Shown here: positions 12,241-24,239 of the stretch, piece by piece
Numbering within the stretch: position 1 is the stretch's first letter
How the letters are laid out: each line of letters begins with the position of its first letter
Assembly (NCBI GenBank): GCA_963920595.1
Contig: OY986949.1
Span: 2,914,001 to 2,978,000 of the forward strand
Source of the DNA: Eimeria praecox
Taxonomy: Eukaryota
Direction: 5' to 3'
Length of the DNA stretch: 64,000 nucleotides
Program-made: the position numbers and the translations under genes
The notes under the pieces: generated by a model
The model's input: only the letters and a program-made list of their open reading frames with translations
Told to the model about the DNA's origin: nothing
Databases searched by the model: none

Positions 12241-12804
12241 TACCCTGTAAAGGGTGATATATCTAGGGTGATATATACATATATATATATATTTGTAGAT
12301 GCCTGCTTTCCTTCCGCAACTACTTTCGCGCTGCCACCTACTCCTCTTCCTCTACCTCTGGGCAGCTCGGAACCGCTGCCGGTATCATTTTCGCTTTTTC
12401 GCATTGTGGGGCTCGTCCCCATCCTTGTGAGCATTCCTAACCACCGCCAAGCTCCGGGGTTTCATTGGGCGCTGCGCTACTTCCGAGGGTCCATGATTGT
12501 AATAGTATGGGGTCTCAGAACGAAGGAGGGCCCCGACCCACGTGAGTATTAGAGAGCGTCGCAATGACCTATGGCGCATTCGGGCTGTAGCACCGCCATG
12601 CGGCCAGCAACAAGACCAACAGTAATAGCTGTTTCTTCTTAGCAGTAGCAGATTGTATGTATGCACGGTAACTCAACAGATGTAGGGCTCCACTCTTGGC
12701 CCAGAGAACGTGCCTTTAGTGCTAGGATACCATCCCGGCAGCAGCGGCTGCTGCAAAAATAAGCATAACCCCATCAAAATAACAATAGGCTCACTAGCCA
12801 AAAT

Positions 12805-14291
12805 GTGCGTTGTATTTCTGCTCCCAACCGCGTCTATGCGCCTGTTGCTCCAGCAGCAACATCGGCAGCATTTCTGCCCCCCTTGCTACTCCCTATACTT
12901 CTCTTTCTGTTGCTGCTACTGCTTTTCGTGAGATTTAGGAATTGTTCACGCACGAAAGAAATGATGGAAGCACAGGTACTCTTCCTTTTCGCAGTCAGGA
13001 GCTGGACCAGCATCAAATTCGGCTCCTGCAGGAGTTGCGCAGCAGCTGCTTTTCTTTTGGATCTACGGCTGCTGCGTGCAGCAGCAACTGTCTTCTGTAT
13101 CAGATTGGACAGCCAACGGGGCTGCCACAAGCAGAGACAGAAACAGCGATGATGGCAATACCAACAACCGCAGGAGCTGCCGCTGCAACACGGTCAACAG
13201 AAACAGGACCAGCAGCAGCAGAACCTGTAATGCAAAGAGCTGCCGGTGCTTCTGGTGTGCTAGTACTTTCGGGGGCAAGGGCAGCAAAGACAGCACAGAC
13301 AGCAACAGGGAGTGCGAAACAGATTTCTCCTCAGTGTGCATGCAAGCTTCAGGCGTGTATGGAAGAAGCAGCAGGGAATGCACAGGTGCTCAGCAGCTGC
13401 AGTACGCAGCGGTCGCAGCAGCGGTGAGGCTGAGACTACTGATCAGTGGGTTTTCCAGTTCCAAGAAAGCAAAGCGAATGGAAGGGCCGTGAAGCCGGCC
13501 AGCAAATACCAGCAGGGCTGGAGAGTTAGACAGCACCGCAACACTAAGCTTGCTGGTACTTGCCAACCTGTTGAAGCACCCGTCCAGCTGAAACGACAAA
13601 TGCGTACATGGACGCATACATGGACGCACGCTGCGGGACCGGGACACAAATGGGCACAGCTGCCAGTGAAAAGCAACGGCAGGATATCTTGGGATATCTT
13701 TTACAGGCCAAGCGCATGAGCAGAAATACAGAACCAGGTGCAGGCCCCACAGGCGTTCTTCTGCGCCACTCGCGTGTACTTTTGAAGAGTGTTTTGGTTT
13801 GCTAGCGGCTCTCTGGGGTAAAGGCCCTACAGGCTGTAGTTGAACATTCTTATGTCATACAGCTTTGGTTATGCTTCCCCGCAGAAGCTCGTGTTGCGAA
13901 TATGGACAACAAAGAAGCATTTGACTTCAACTGTCATTTTCAGCGGCTGATGATTTTGATCTTCTGCACATTCTACAGTATCAAAGACTCCTGGCTCAGT
14001 GAACTTATCTCCAAAGTGTCCGGCGCGTTGGATAAGATCTGCTGCAAGGCAGCTACAAACCCTGAGGAACTGAAAGATAATGAAATGGGATCGGCTTGAT
14101 CCCTAGCAAAACGCATCAACAGCAAGCTGTACGTATGCTGCATGTGCATTTTTGACTCCTGGGAAGGCACTGTCCACGGCTGGGCTAAACCGGAGGCTGA
14201 ACCTTGCATAAGAGCATCGAAGTATTTGCGAGCATCGAGGATACGAAGAATAGCCGCATCAAGTTCTGCGAGCAAACCTCCAAGAATCTAA
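12805..14291 (+). pseudogene. Probable pseudogene of a lineage-specific transmembrane-anchored protein
   Basis: An N-terminal hydrophobic segment (PPLLLPILLFLLLLLLFVRFR) is followed by frameshifted pieces. One frame runs from 13608 to 14291 with only two internal stops (13803-13805 and 14097-14099) and complex helical-looking sequence. No splice sites rescue it. Confidence 0.4.
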
Positions 14292-14689
14292 GAGTCGCAT
14301 CAATGAGGACAGCAGCAACCACGTAAAGATTGTGGAACTGCTGCAATTTCACAGAAGCAAGCTCACCAGGAGCCCTCCCCTCGGTCCACCAGCCGTGGGG
14401 GGAGAGCAAAGCGGCGCATGTACCATGCTCTGTCGAAAGTGGGTAAATGCACTTCTCATTGGCATTTCTCCTTCCGCGCAAGCTGGCTACTGAGGGCCAA
14501 GCAAGTGCAAAATGCCAACAGTGTTAATGCATGCACAGGCAGGAGGGGCTTGCACTCCTTTACATATGGGGTTGCCTTTTAGCAGGAGTTGCTGCAAGCT
14601 TCGCTGCAACTCGCGGTAGGCCTCCTTTTTTTCCGTGCCGGCGCAAGCCTTCGTGCTGTTTTGTTTAGGATACCTGGAAACTAAAAGGA

Positions 14690-15320
14690 GGCCAGTTGCC
14701 TGTGGTATGCCTTATTGTGGCGGGAATCCTCTGGTTTAGCCGACGACCGCTGTGAGCTGCAATAGAGTCAAATATTGAAGGAAAGAACTCGCAAGAAGCA
14801 GATGATACTCCCTATAATCTGACGGGCTCTTGCGCACAGCGGCCCAAGGGCCTCGGCCTGTTGAGAGCGCCAGCCGGTCTGCCATGGGCTGCAACGCACG
14901 TTTCTACATCTAGTGCTGCAAGACAACCCCACATTGCGCTCGGTGTGTTTCATGTGCAATCGTGTACAATGTAGGCTGTAGCATAGCCCGTCATTAAACG
15001 CACACTTGGCTGTCCATTGTCACTCTGCTGGTAAGTAGAGATGCGAATACCAACGTCTCGCAGAGCATGCTACGCTTATCCTATGTATTTTTAATTATGT
15101 TTCAGTACACGGCGTTGCTTAGCTAAGATCGAGGACTCTAGGCACATCTGGAAACTAAGTTATTTAATTCCAGTGGAAGTGTCTTTAGCCTAGCTTTTCC
15201 AATGGCCTGAAGATTAGGAGAAAACAAAGATGTATAATTGGGGGAAAGGAGCATGTAAGGAGGTCTGCAAACAAAAAAAGCGGAAGGCCGACTGGTGGCA
15301 AACCTCAGGCCTACAGTTGC
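14690..15320 (+). mobile_element. Possible highly decayed gypsy RT fragment
   Basis: Ordered weak motifs in shifting frames: GMPYCGGNP (cf. MPFGLxNAP), EADDTPY (cf. YLDDILI), TLGCPLS (cf. YLGHxIS), AKIEDSRHIW (cf. KIEAIxxW) and YNWGKGACKEVCKQKK (cf. FxWxxxxxxAFxxLK). Confidence 0.3.
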
Positions 15321-16491
15321 GGACCAGTGCACCGGTGTGGGCTGCGAGTGTCATTTTTTAGTTCGAGGAAAAGAAGCAGTCAGCTTTGTCCGCTGCTTTG
15401 CACAGCTTCAATAAACGCTCGAGTGGCAAAGGAAAAGCAAGCATTAAATCCAGGAGCAGTAACGTAAGCTACAGAGCCGCAGGGGGGGCCCCCCTCTCCA
15501 GCCCCAGAAACACGCGGCAGGTCTCATCTCGCGTGTCGGCTGTGGGTAAATGCCAATAGAGGACAAATCTTGTGATATTCCCTTAACGCAACCTGATATA
15601 TTTTTGCATGCATCCGATTTTTACGTAATTATCAGCACTTTTTCCTCCCCGCGTATTTGCCCGTTTCACCGAAACTCCGGACTCCTGCCATCGCCTTTCC
15701 GCTGTCATTCCTATTTATTTCTTTCCTTCTTTCGACCCAAGGCAGGAAGCAGACATGCTCTTGAGTTAGTCAGCCCCATATGCGCGTAATTTTTCCCTCT
15801 TGCCGCTGAAAGCGCCACATTTTCTTGAATCGCTTCCACTGTAGTTTGCCCAGGTTGCTTAGCCCTTAGACACAGCTGGAGCGGGAGGCTTTCAGATTAA
15901 GTAGCCAAAGGTTTGGGACCTCTCGTTTCATCAAACGGAGGGTGGATATTTGGAGCTCATCTCCTATCTTCCTTATCTGTCGCATGAGCTTGTCTCCGCT
16001 GTTTACACGCAGAGAACTACCCATAGGAATAAGGACTGCAGGCGTCGGCCCCAGGGGCCCCCACAAGGGGAGCCGCAGGCTTACAGGGCGCTGAGAGTGC
16101 CGCCTTGCCTTGCAGTCTTTGCAGAGGGCGATGAGTCCTACTGGTACCTTTATAAGCTCGGGCTTGGCAGTGCATTCAGCACACCGACGCAGGCGACGTT
16201 CAGCTCGAGGCTGGGCGAAATCTGCACCCGCGAAGACAGCCAGTTGTACAAAGGCGTCTGTCCTTGCGTGACGGTTGCATCGCGGGTTGACTAATCGGTG
16301 GAAAAGGGGTAAGTGGAGGGAAGGGCACCTTGAGGTCGGTTATATAGGACTCCCGTTTCAAGACAAGTACCCAACAACAAACATTATTCGTTGAATTCTG
16401 ATCCTCAATTAATTTGAAGCAAGGGGAGCTCAAGGTACTGATGAAAATACCGGTGTGTTCCCACTTGAACAGGCTTCCTTGGGCGGAAGAG

Positions 16492-18777
16492 ATGTCCTAC
16501 CGCGGAGGAAGACGAGAGAAGGCAGAGCCCTTCGACCACCTCGTTAAGCTGCTGGTCCTAGGCGACAGTTGTGAGTTCACGTTTGTTGTTTCCACGCGGG
16601 ACGGATAGCGGCCAACGTGGAGGCATTGGGTAAAATTGGCGGGGGCAGGCAGAGACCACTTTTGCTGCAGTCTTTGTATGCATTTGCACATATGTTGCGC
16701 CTTGCAGTCTTCATTTGGGTGTGCTTGCCGTTGCAGCTGTTGGGAAGTCTAGTCTTCTTTTACGCTTCGCCGAGAACAAATTCGACCCAAACTTCGTGCT
16801 GACCATCGGGTGAGGAAGTGGCATGCTCAGGAATTCTTTTAATTAGGTGCTGATTTTTCGAAATTTAGCACTGCAGAGGCCATTTCTGCTGATACGCTGC
16901 TTCTTTTGTTGAGAAGCGTGAGCAGCCTAAGGGTGCGCGTTTTGGCTATTCCTGATTCGGAACTTTTCAGAGTGGACTTTAAGACAAAAGTTGTCGAGTG
17001 CGGCGGACGGCGAATAAAACTGCAAGTGTGGGACACTGCTGGCCAGGAGCGTTTCCGCACCATTACCCCGGGTAATTTTCGTGTAAACCAAATGAGCAGT
17101 GACTTGGGATCTTCCGAAAGAATCACGCAGGAAAAACCATGCAGTTACCTACAAAACGAATGAAGCGGTTGCACGTTCAGCCCAAGAAGGGCTGCCCATT
17201 TGCTCAATTGTCTACTTGAATCGAGCTGGCCTGTTTTTAACATCTCAATGCAAGTAGAGCAGAAAGACTCGCCACTCAGCGGCAAGCTCCAGTTAGCGAA
17301 TGTTGCGCTTTCGGTGTTTTCTTCAGCTTACTTCAGGAGTGCCATGGGGGTCATGCTGGTTTACGACATAACGAATTTGCAAACATTTCTCAGTGCGTCT
17401 TTTGCTTGGTTAGGTGGCATTTGTCCCTTGAGGCAGTTGCGACGCCTTCCTTCTACTCATCGCGTGTTGAAATCGAACACTATTCCCTTTATTTGCTGCT
17501 TTCCCGCCTGCGTACAGACATTCGGCGATGGATGCAGAACGTTGAGGAATACGCAGACCCAAGCATCGTGCGGGTCTTAGTGGCCAACAAGCTCGATCTT
17601 CAGGCCCAAAGGGTAAAAGCCGTAAACAAACTCGATTAGCTGCCAAATGGAGCCTTAATTCACTGCTGCTGGCTTATGTAACACCACTCTGAGCAAACCA
17701 TACTTGTGAACACGCCTGTACACAAGCAGGCAAAGCAGACGATGCAGCTTGAGGTGGAATGAGCCCCGACTTTTCTGGTGCCGTGCGTTTAGTATGCTTT
17801 TTGCTTCTTATGCGGTGTCTGCAGCAAGTTTCGCGCTCAAAGGGTGAGGATTTGGCTCGCGAGTACTCTATTCCCTTCATTGAAACGTCTGCAAAAGGCA
17901 ACGTCAACGTTGAGGAGGCCTTCATGTACGTCATCTTGCCTACCAGCCTGTCTGCTGCATCTTGCATTTATTGTGGACAAGAGCTACCTTTTACAGAGGG
18001 GACCGTGCGGAGCCTTGAAAATGCATGCGGTGTTGAGTCGTTTTGTGCTATGCTATGCTGCCTTGTGGATGTGCTTGATTTCAAGGTGCGCAGCGAGTAG
18101 AATTCGAGACATCCGGTGAGACTTTTTACCTTTAGGCGTTCTTGAAGCGGCTGGGTTGTCGTACTGCTACAGAAAGCACAACGAAATACGGCTGCTTTCG
18201 GTGGCTCGGCAAACGAAAAAGCAAAACTTGGGCATCGGAGTTGCTAACAGCACGTAAACACAGGGTGGGGTAGGGTCGGCAGGCTATCTTGCGTAGAATA
18301 CGATGTGCAAGTGCCTTAATTCATGTTTGCTTGCGAGTTTCCCGCAGTTTTTCCCCCGGTCCAATTGAGCCACAGTCAGAACGGGCTGCTGCATCGTCTT
18401 CATCTCAGCAGCTTTCTAGTCAGTCTACAGTCTCACGGGTAGGTGCAAACTGCGAGCACACTGCGCGCGCCACGCGAATTCTTGTACCATGTTTGCTGCA
18501 TGTACTTTTTAGAAAATATACATTTTGGGTTACCTATGTCAAGACAAATCGAATCACAAGCTTCATATTTTTGCTGCTTCTACCTTCCTTTGGGAGCTTT
18601 GTGGCTCGTTGCTTGTCCCTTTTTGGCTTTGCCTTCTTGCATCAGTGGGGAAGTTTCGATAAAGCAGTGCTCAGCAGAGTGGAGGGGAATGTGTAAATGC
18701 ATCAATGCACCAAATGCGCTGCTGCGCTGTCGATGCCTTCTCAGCAAATCTCGGGACGAAGAAAGTGCTGCTCGTGA
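16492..18777 (+). CDS. RAB8: Rab GTPase, Rab8/Rab10/Sec4 clade
   Basis: Nine in-phase GT-AG exons: 16492-16570, 16737-16809, 16971-17071, 17327-17392, 17518-17612, 17825-17925, 18086-18115, 18348-18438, 18745-18777. They encode [82 protein letters not shown], and the C-terminus RRKCCS* (geranylgeranylation motif). AMG/NIRxW favour Rab8 over Rab1. Confidence 0.9.
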
Positions 18778-18829
18778 GGCGCACTAGCGCATCGCTAACG
18801 GTGGCCCCATTGTTAGCTGCAACTGTATG

Positions 18830-20100
18830 TAAATGGAAATATTTGCAATGATTTAAGGGCAATGGTATTTGTACTGTATACGCTGCTTTTTGCTCAAGCG
18901 GCATCTTTCCTGTCAGTCTGTATGGACTACTACGGTCTTCCATTTCCCTGGGATGCCTTGCCACCATCCCGGGGCCATTTGGGTGCTAACAACTGCCCAT
19001 CTGAGGTGAAGAAAATGACTTAACTTGTGAATGAAACTATCTCCCAGCAAGCACTTACGCACCGCCGCCGTGGGTATAAGCACACGCGAGGGGGAAAATT
19101 CAACCCTCGCCTTCCCCCTAGTATTATCCGTCTCCTGAACTTAAAGTCGTCAAGTCCAGCCAGCGGGCGTACGGCGTTTTTAAGGGCAGCCCACGTCTTG
19201 TGTAATGGCAACGCTTTCATGTGGCCCTGCGCCTTTTTACACAAGGGGCTAGGACTTATGAGTCTTAGTGAATCTTAGCATGCGTGAAAGGCTCTTACCT
19301 AATCATAGTCTCAACAGAATTCGCCTGCATGAGTGGCTGCACAGTGAGGCGTACTAATTGCTGATGCATCCTTTGAACGACAGTCTCGGAAGCAAGATTG
19401 GAAACCTTCTGGCGCCTACCTAAGTATGAATGCGATTTGCATAGGGCACCATGAAGTGCTTTCTGCATGCATTTGTATGAACGTACAACTTCGCAGTGGC
19501 CCCCTCCATTTATTCTTCGCCTGGAGGGCCCGATGCAGGCCGCCCTCTTCAGGCAATACTTTCCCCGCATCCTTCTGCTCAAGATTCTGCGGCTCCTCGT
19601 TAATAAGTGCTACTGGATCAGTAGTTAGAACAATACCGACGGAGGCATTTGTCCTAGGGTGGCACAACCGCAGGGCTGGGGAACCCGCACAGCGCAGCAT
19701 TTATGCTCCTTTCCGCCTTAACGCCTGCCTAGTATTGGGGGCAAACGATAAAAAAATCGAAAGGACCCGTGCTCTGCAAACTACAAAACATTCTGCAGCC
19801 TGTTGTGCTTTGCTTTATTTCTTCGACAGCTTGCAGCGACGCGGGCTCCTCACCAGCCGGTGGGATGGCGGGTGCTCTTTATGCTTGCCGGAGGGATAGA
19901 ATGGCTATTTGATCACATATTTACCAATGGAAAGATGAGTTTTTGTAGAATGCATGGTATTTTGTTGTGCCTTTCCTGTTCGGCCTGCAGCGGATTCGTC
20001 ATCGTCCGTTGCAAAGGAATGCACGTAGTAGTCTCCCGTGAGTTTTTCCTTAGCACCGCACAGACAGAGGAGATTTGAGTTGGTCTGAGTATGTACATGT
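18830..20100 (-). mobile_element. Degenerate Ty3/gypsy pol fragment (RT end, RNase H, integrase N-terminus)
   Basis: ORF 19416-19700 gives SPALRLCHPRTNASVGIVLTTDPVAL...KWRGPLRSCTF (cf. RNase H APVL..TDAS..GAVL..PVAF..KWRHYLxGxxF). Downstream are RVCLYPRRR (cf. RLCVP..LR), a frameshifted W-P-G-M near 18965-18980 and QIPLPLNH (cf. PLPxPxxPW). Confidence 0.6.
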
Positions 20101-20668
20101 TATTAATACGGTCGCATAGCAGATTGTTGCCTCATTCTGCGATATGGGCCTGAGATCGCCGCCAGCCCCGAACGACAAAGCCTAGTACTTCCGTCTGCTG
20201 GTGGTCGAGCCGAGCACCATGAGCTAAGAAAGCCTGCCTTCCTGCCGAAATATGGGCTGCTGTGGATGAGTTGAGACACAAATTCGTGTCTTAATCGTAA
20301 ATAACTGCTCAACTCTTGAGGATTCCTGTACTCTCCATTGTTTTTAGGTAAGAGCGGAGCTACGGCTGCCACTGGACTCGCCGGTCAGCGCTGCGACGGC
20401 CACAGGAGAAGGAAAACCCCTCAGCGAACTTTTAATGAGTAATATCCCTCTATTTTTGCAAATTATATGCAATCATTAATGAGGCAGCCCTATTCGTTGG
20501 CATTTTTCGCCGCGGTTTCAACTGAGAGCACGAGAAGGAAGAGTGCCGCTGTCTGCAGCCTCTGTGTTGGGGGTACTCTTCCTGGTTCTGTCCGCCGTCG
20601 CTTTTTAATCAAGTGTCGCTGATCTAATCTATCCTGTTACTCTGCATAGTCGGAGAATCCCCGCTTAA

Positions 20669-23633
20669 ATGGGGTGCTCGGGGAGCAAGGCTGCTGCGGC
20701 AGCCCGCCCCCAGTCGCCGGTGTCGAAGCCGAGCAATGAAAAGCCAAACAAGACAGAGGGTGAAGAAGAGGGGCCAAATACGGGCCCTGGGGAAACTGCT
20801 GTATCCCCTGAGGCCAATGGGAGCCCATTTCCTGACGCGGCTCCCACCCAAGAAAAGGATGCGTTGGAAGACGTCGACCCACTAGAAGGAGTTGACTTGA
20901 CGATTCCTGAGGACTGCGAGGAGGTTGCCATGAAGAATGGGGTCACGTATAGAGGCGAGTGGAGAAATGGAAAGCAGCATGGACGCGGGGAGCAGCGCCA
21001 GGCTCATGGAGTAGTGTACACCGGCCAGTTCAATCAGGGGCAAATTGACGGATTTGGCAGACTCACCCGAGCAGATGGCAGTAAATACGAAGGAGAATTT
21101 GTTAAGGGAAAGGCTGAAACGCGCACAAGGCCAGGTGTTTATACCTTTCCCGATGGTTCAAAGTAAGATACAGTTTCCATTCTTTCCCCCCCCACCCCCC
21201 TGGCCCTCCCCATCTCTTAGAATTCAGTATGAAGTAACACACTGGGAGGGCGACTATTCATACAGAAGAGCAGCAATATGGCTATTAGTGCCAGTGACTC
21301 TGCACTTGTTTGGTTTCTGTGTCGATGTGTTTCATCATGACTGATACGTTGGCTGTCCTCTTGGATTTGCACATTCCCATTCCACTCCTCTCAGAGGAGA
21401 GGAGTAGCATGCGTGCGCGTGCATTCATGCATCCATATGGCTGAGCGTGGATATGCACAGTCATGTATCTGTACGTTGGTCCGCCTATTAATTCTTGTGA
21501 TTGCTATGCGCCTCGTGCACCGAAGCTATCTGGTTCCTTTGCTTTCATCGTCCCGCGTATGCATTTCAAGGCTCTGTCGTGTGTTGCTCAACCCTGCCCT
21601 TGCATTATTTGTGTATACACTCTCCCACGTATGTGTATATATACATCACTTGAGCCTTTGCCCTTGGGCAGAATATCAGGGTATTCTGTGCCTCCTTGTT
21701 GCAGGTACGTTGGCCACTGGAAGCAAGACAAGCGCCACGGCGAGGGTTGCGAGACGTTGGCAGACGGCTCCAAATACCGAGGCCAGTTTGTAGATGGGCT
21801 GAAATCTGGACACGGAGTCATGACAGCTTCGAACGGCGATATATATGAGGGGGAATTTCAACAGGGAGAGATGAGCGGTGAGCCTGCAGGATAACAGGCG
21901 GCGTCCAAGCCAGGATACCGCACTTGTAGAGTTTAAGTCAGAAATGAGCGAAGGCGTATGCAAGAACTGAGCCGAAGTGGTTAATGGGGCAGGTTCTTGC
22001 CACGTGAAGCGCTGCAGCCCTTGACGCATATGCTTGGTCCCTTGTGGCGTTCACCTTGCCCTTTTCCTTTGTTCGTTTATGCTGTTGCTGTTTGCTGCTG
22101 TTGAGTGCTACTGCATACAACTGCTCATACACACTGGGCGTCGCTGTTGCTGGGTGCCGCTGGAGCCTGCAACGTCTGCAATTTACTTGTTCTACGAACT
22201 GGGGCGTGCGTCTGTCATGGCTGGCGTGCTTGCGGATTGTGGTTTGCTTTTCTATCGTTGCTGCTGTTTCTCGCAGGTCACGGGCGGTACTCGTGGCCTG
22301 ATGGGCGGGTATATGAGGGGGAATGGCGAGCGAGTCGCATGCACGGAAAGGGCACTTTTTACTTCACAGACGGCAGAAAGTAGGTCTCAGTGTCAGGAGC
22401 ACTTGCCAGTGCTACTGGGAAAGTAACTGCAGCTGCAGCAGCTGCGCTTGCAGCCGTGGTTGCGGTTCGCTGCTGTTGTGACGAGGTTTGCCGGTGTCCC
22501 GCAGCCACACACGAGCGCATGCACCGTCTGTACATTCCATGCTACAGGAGATTTCTCGTGCCGTGTCCTATGCCGTAGATGGGCAGGGTTATCTTCGGTC
22601 GCCGTTTCTGTATGCACAGTTGGCTTTATCTGTAGGTGCATGCAGGGACAGGTGGGGACGCATGCGTCTCTGTACGCATTCCTTCGTTCGTTCTGAAGCG
22701 TTTATTTGTAATCTGCCTTCAAGCGCGTTGGGAGATTTGAAGGTGCTGCTCCTGTTGCTGTGGCTTTGGGCTGCTGTTGCTGTTCAGATATGAAGGCGAC
22801 TTTGTGGACAGTAAAATGCAAGGGGAGGGATGCCTGACTTGGCAAGACGGCTCCTCCTTCAAAGGCCAGTTCAAGAACGGGCTGCCGCACGGAGAAGGCC
22901 GCCACACTCCCAGGGGGGGTGCGCCATCGCCTTTAGGTGAGATGTAGTGCAAACAGATGAAGACAAAGAGAGGGGCTCATCTAGAGAATAACAGACTGGG
23001 AGCAAAACAGGCAGGCACAAGAAATAGCGGCTTTAGCCGAAGAAGAAACAAAAATAAAGAGGCCATAGAGGAACACAGATACAACAGGAGGAATCGTATC
23101 CTCCATTTCCCTTGCATGCCTTGGCCGAATTCCTGAGGTAGCCAGAGAGAAGCCAACAGACAGCAGTGTGGAAAAGCGGTAGAGAATGTGATAAACAATA
23201 GTCCACAGTATTCTTGAAAAGGGAAGACAACTCTGCTAGCTGCCTAAGACACTTCCATGCTCCTGTAAATCGTGCCGGCACTAGTGAAGCACTTTGTGGG
23301 TTTTGTGGGTACTTTGTTCTGAGAGTTCACATTTTCAGCTTCGCGGCGAAGTGCCCTCGCTGGTCTGCGTCGTTGTTTGCGTATGCGCTGCAACTGTGTG
23401 CTGCATCGTCTCCTGTGGGGCCTGCTGCAGCGCTCTGGAACCTTGGGGTACGGGTGAAGTGGCTGGAGGACCCGGCGGCAGCTCAAGCCGCTGCAAGCGT
23501 GGCCTCGGAGAAACCTGCTGATGACTCTGCGAAGCAGAATTCGTCTCATAGCGCTGCGCAGCCAGGAGAAGCAGCAGCAGCAGCGGCCGCAGCAGCTGTT
23601 CCTGCCACAACAGCAACTGCAACAGCGAACTAG
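20669..23633 (+). CDS. MORN-repeat protein (9 repeats) with N-terminal myristoylation/palmitoylation motif
   Basis: Exons 20669-21162, 21705-21877, 22277-22379, 22788-22936 and 23431-23633 join in phase. There are nine YxGxW/FxxGxxHGxG repeats (e.g. YRGEWRNGKQHGRG, YVGHWKQDKRHGEG, YEGEWRASRMHGKG). The N-terminus is MGCSGSK. Confidence 0.93.
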
Positions 23634-24239
23634 ATTCGTTCTGCAGTCGGTGGTAAAATGGATGTGCGTGTTGGGTGTTTAGCATGGAGCACCGGGTGGA
23701 TGCTTTTTACGGGTCGCAGGCCAAAGAAAGCAATGAGATAGGAACGACGCGGCTCCCCCTCGGTGGGGTACCGAGCGAGGGCACCCGAGAGGGGCTGAGG
23801 GAGGCGTGGTTGTCTTCTTTTGCCTTCTAGGAAGCAGCCGTAGAGGGTTGCAGGCCGTGGATCATCCGGAGATGAGGCCTTTAGAGTATGAACCTCTTTC
23901 TGGCGAGGAGGGGAGGAGCAGCAAGGAGGGAGAGAGACCGAAACAGATACCGACAGAGCCAGACAGAGGTAGAGACGAAGAGCCAAAAGAAAGGGCAAAA
24001 TGAGACGGACAGGAAGGCGATGGATACAGAAAAAGGAGGCTTTTCCGACTTAAGAGATATCCGCAAGCAAACAGAACCGCAGAGACAGAGACTGTGAAAG
24101 TGACCGAGCAGACCGAGCAGCAATGGGGGATGCAGGCAAAAAGCGCACGTCCGTCTTTGCTTCTACACACGCTGCAGAGACAGGGAATAGTAGCCGCATG
24201 GCAAGGAGTAAGAACGAAGCCTCGGTGCAATCCTCTGCT

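Noticed and set aside
18136..18696. Alternative Rab terminal exons (acceptors at 18135, 18172, 18645)
   Set aside because: None ends in a Cys prenylation motif, whereas the 18086/18348/18745 path gives a normal helix 5, hypervariable tail and CCS.
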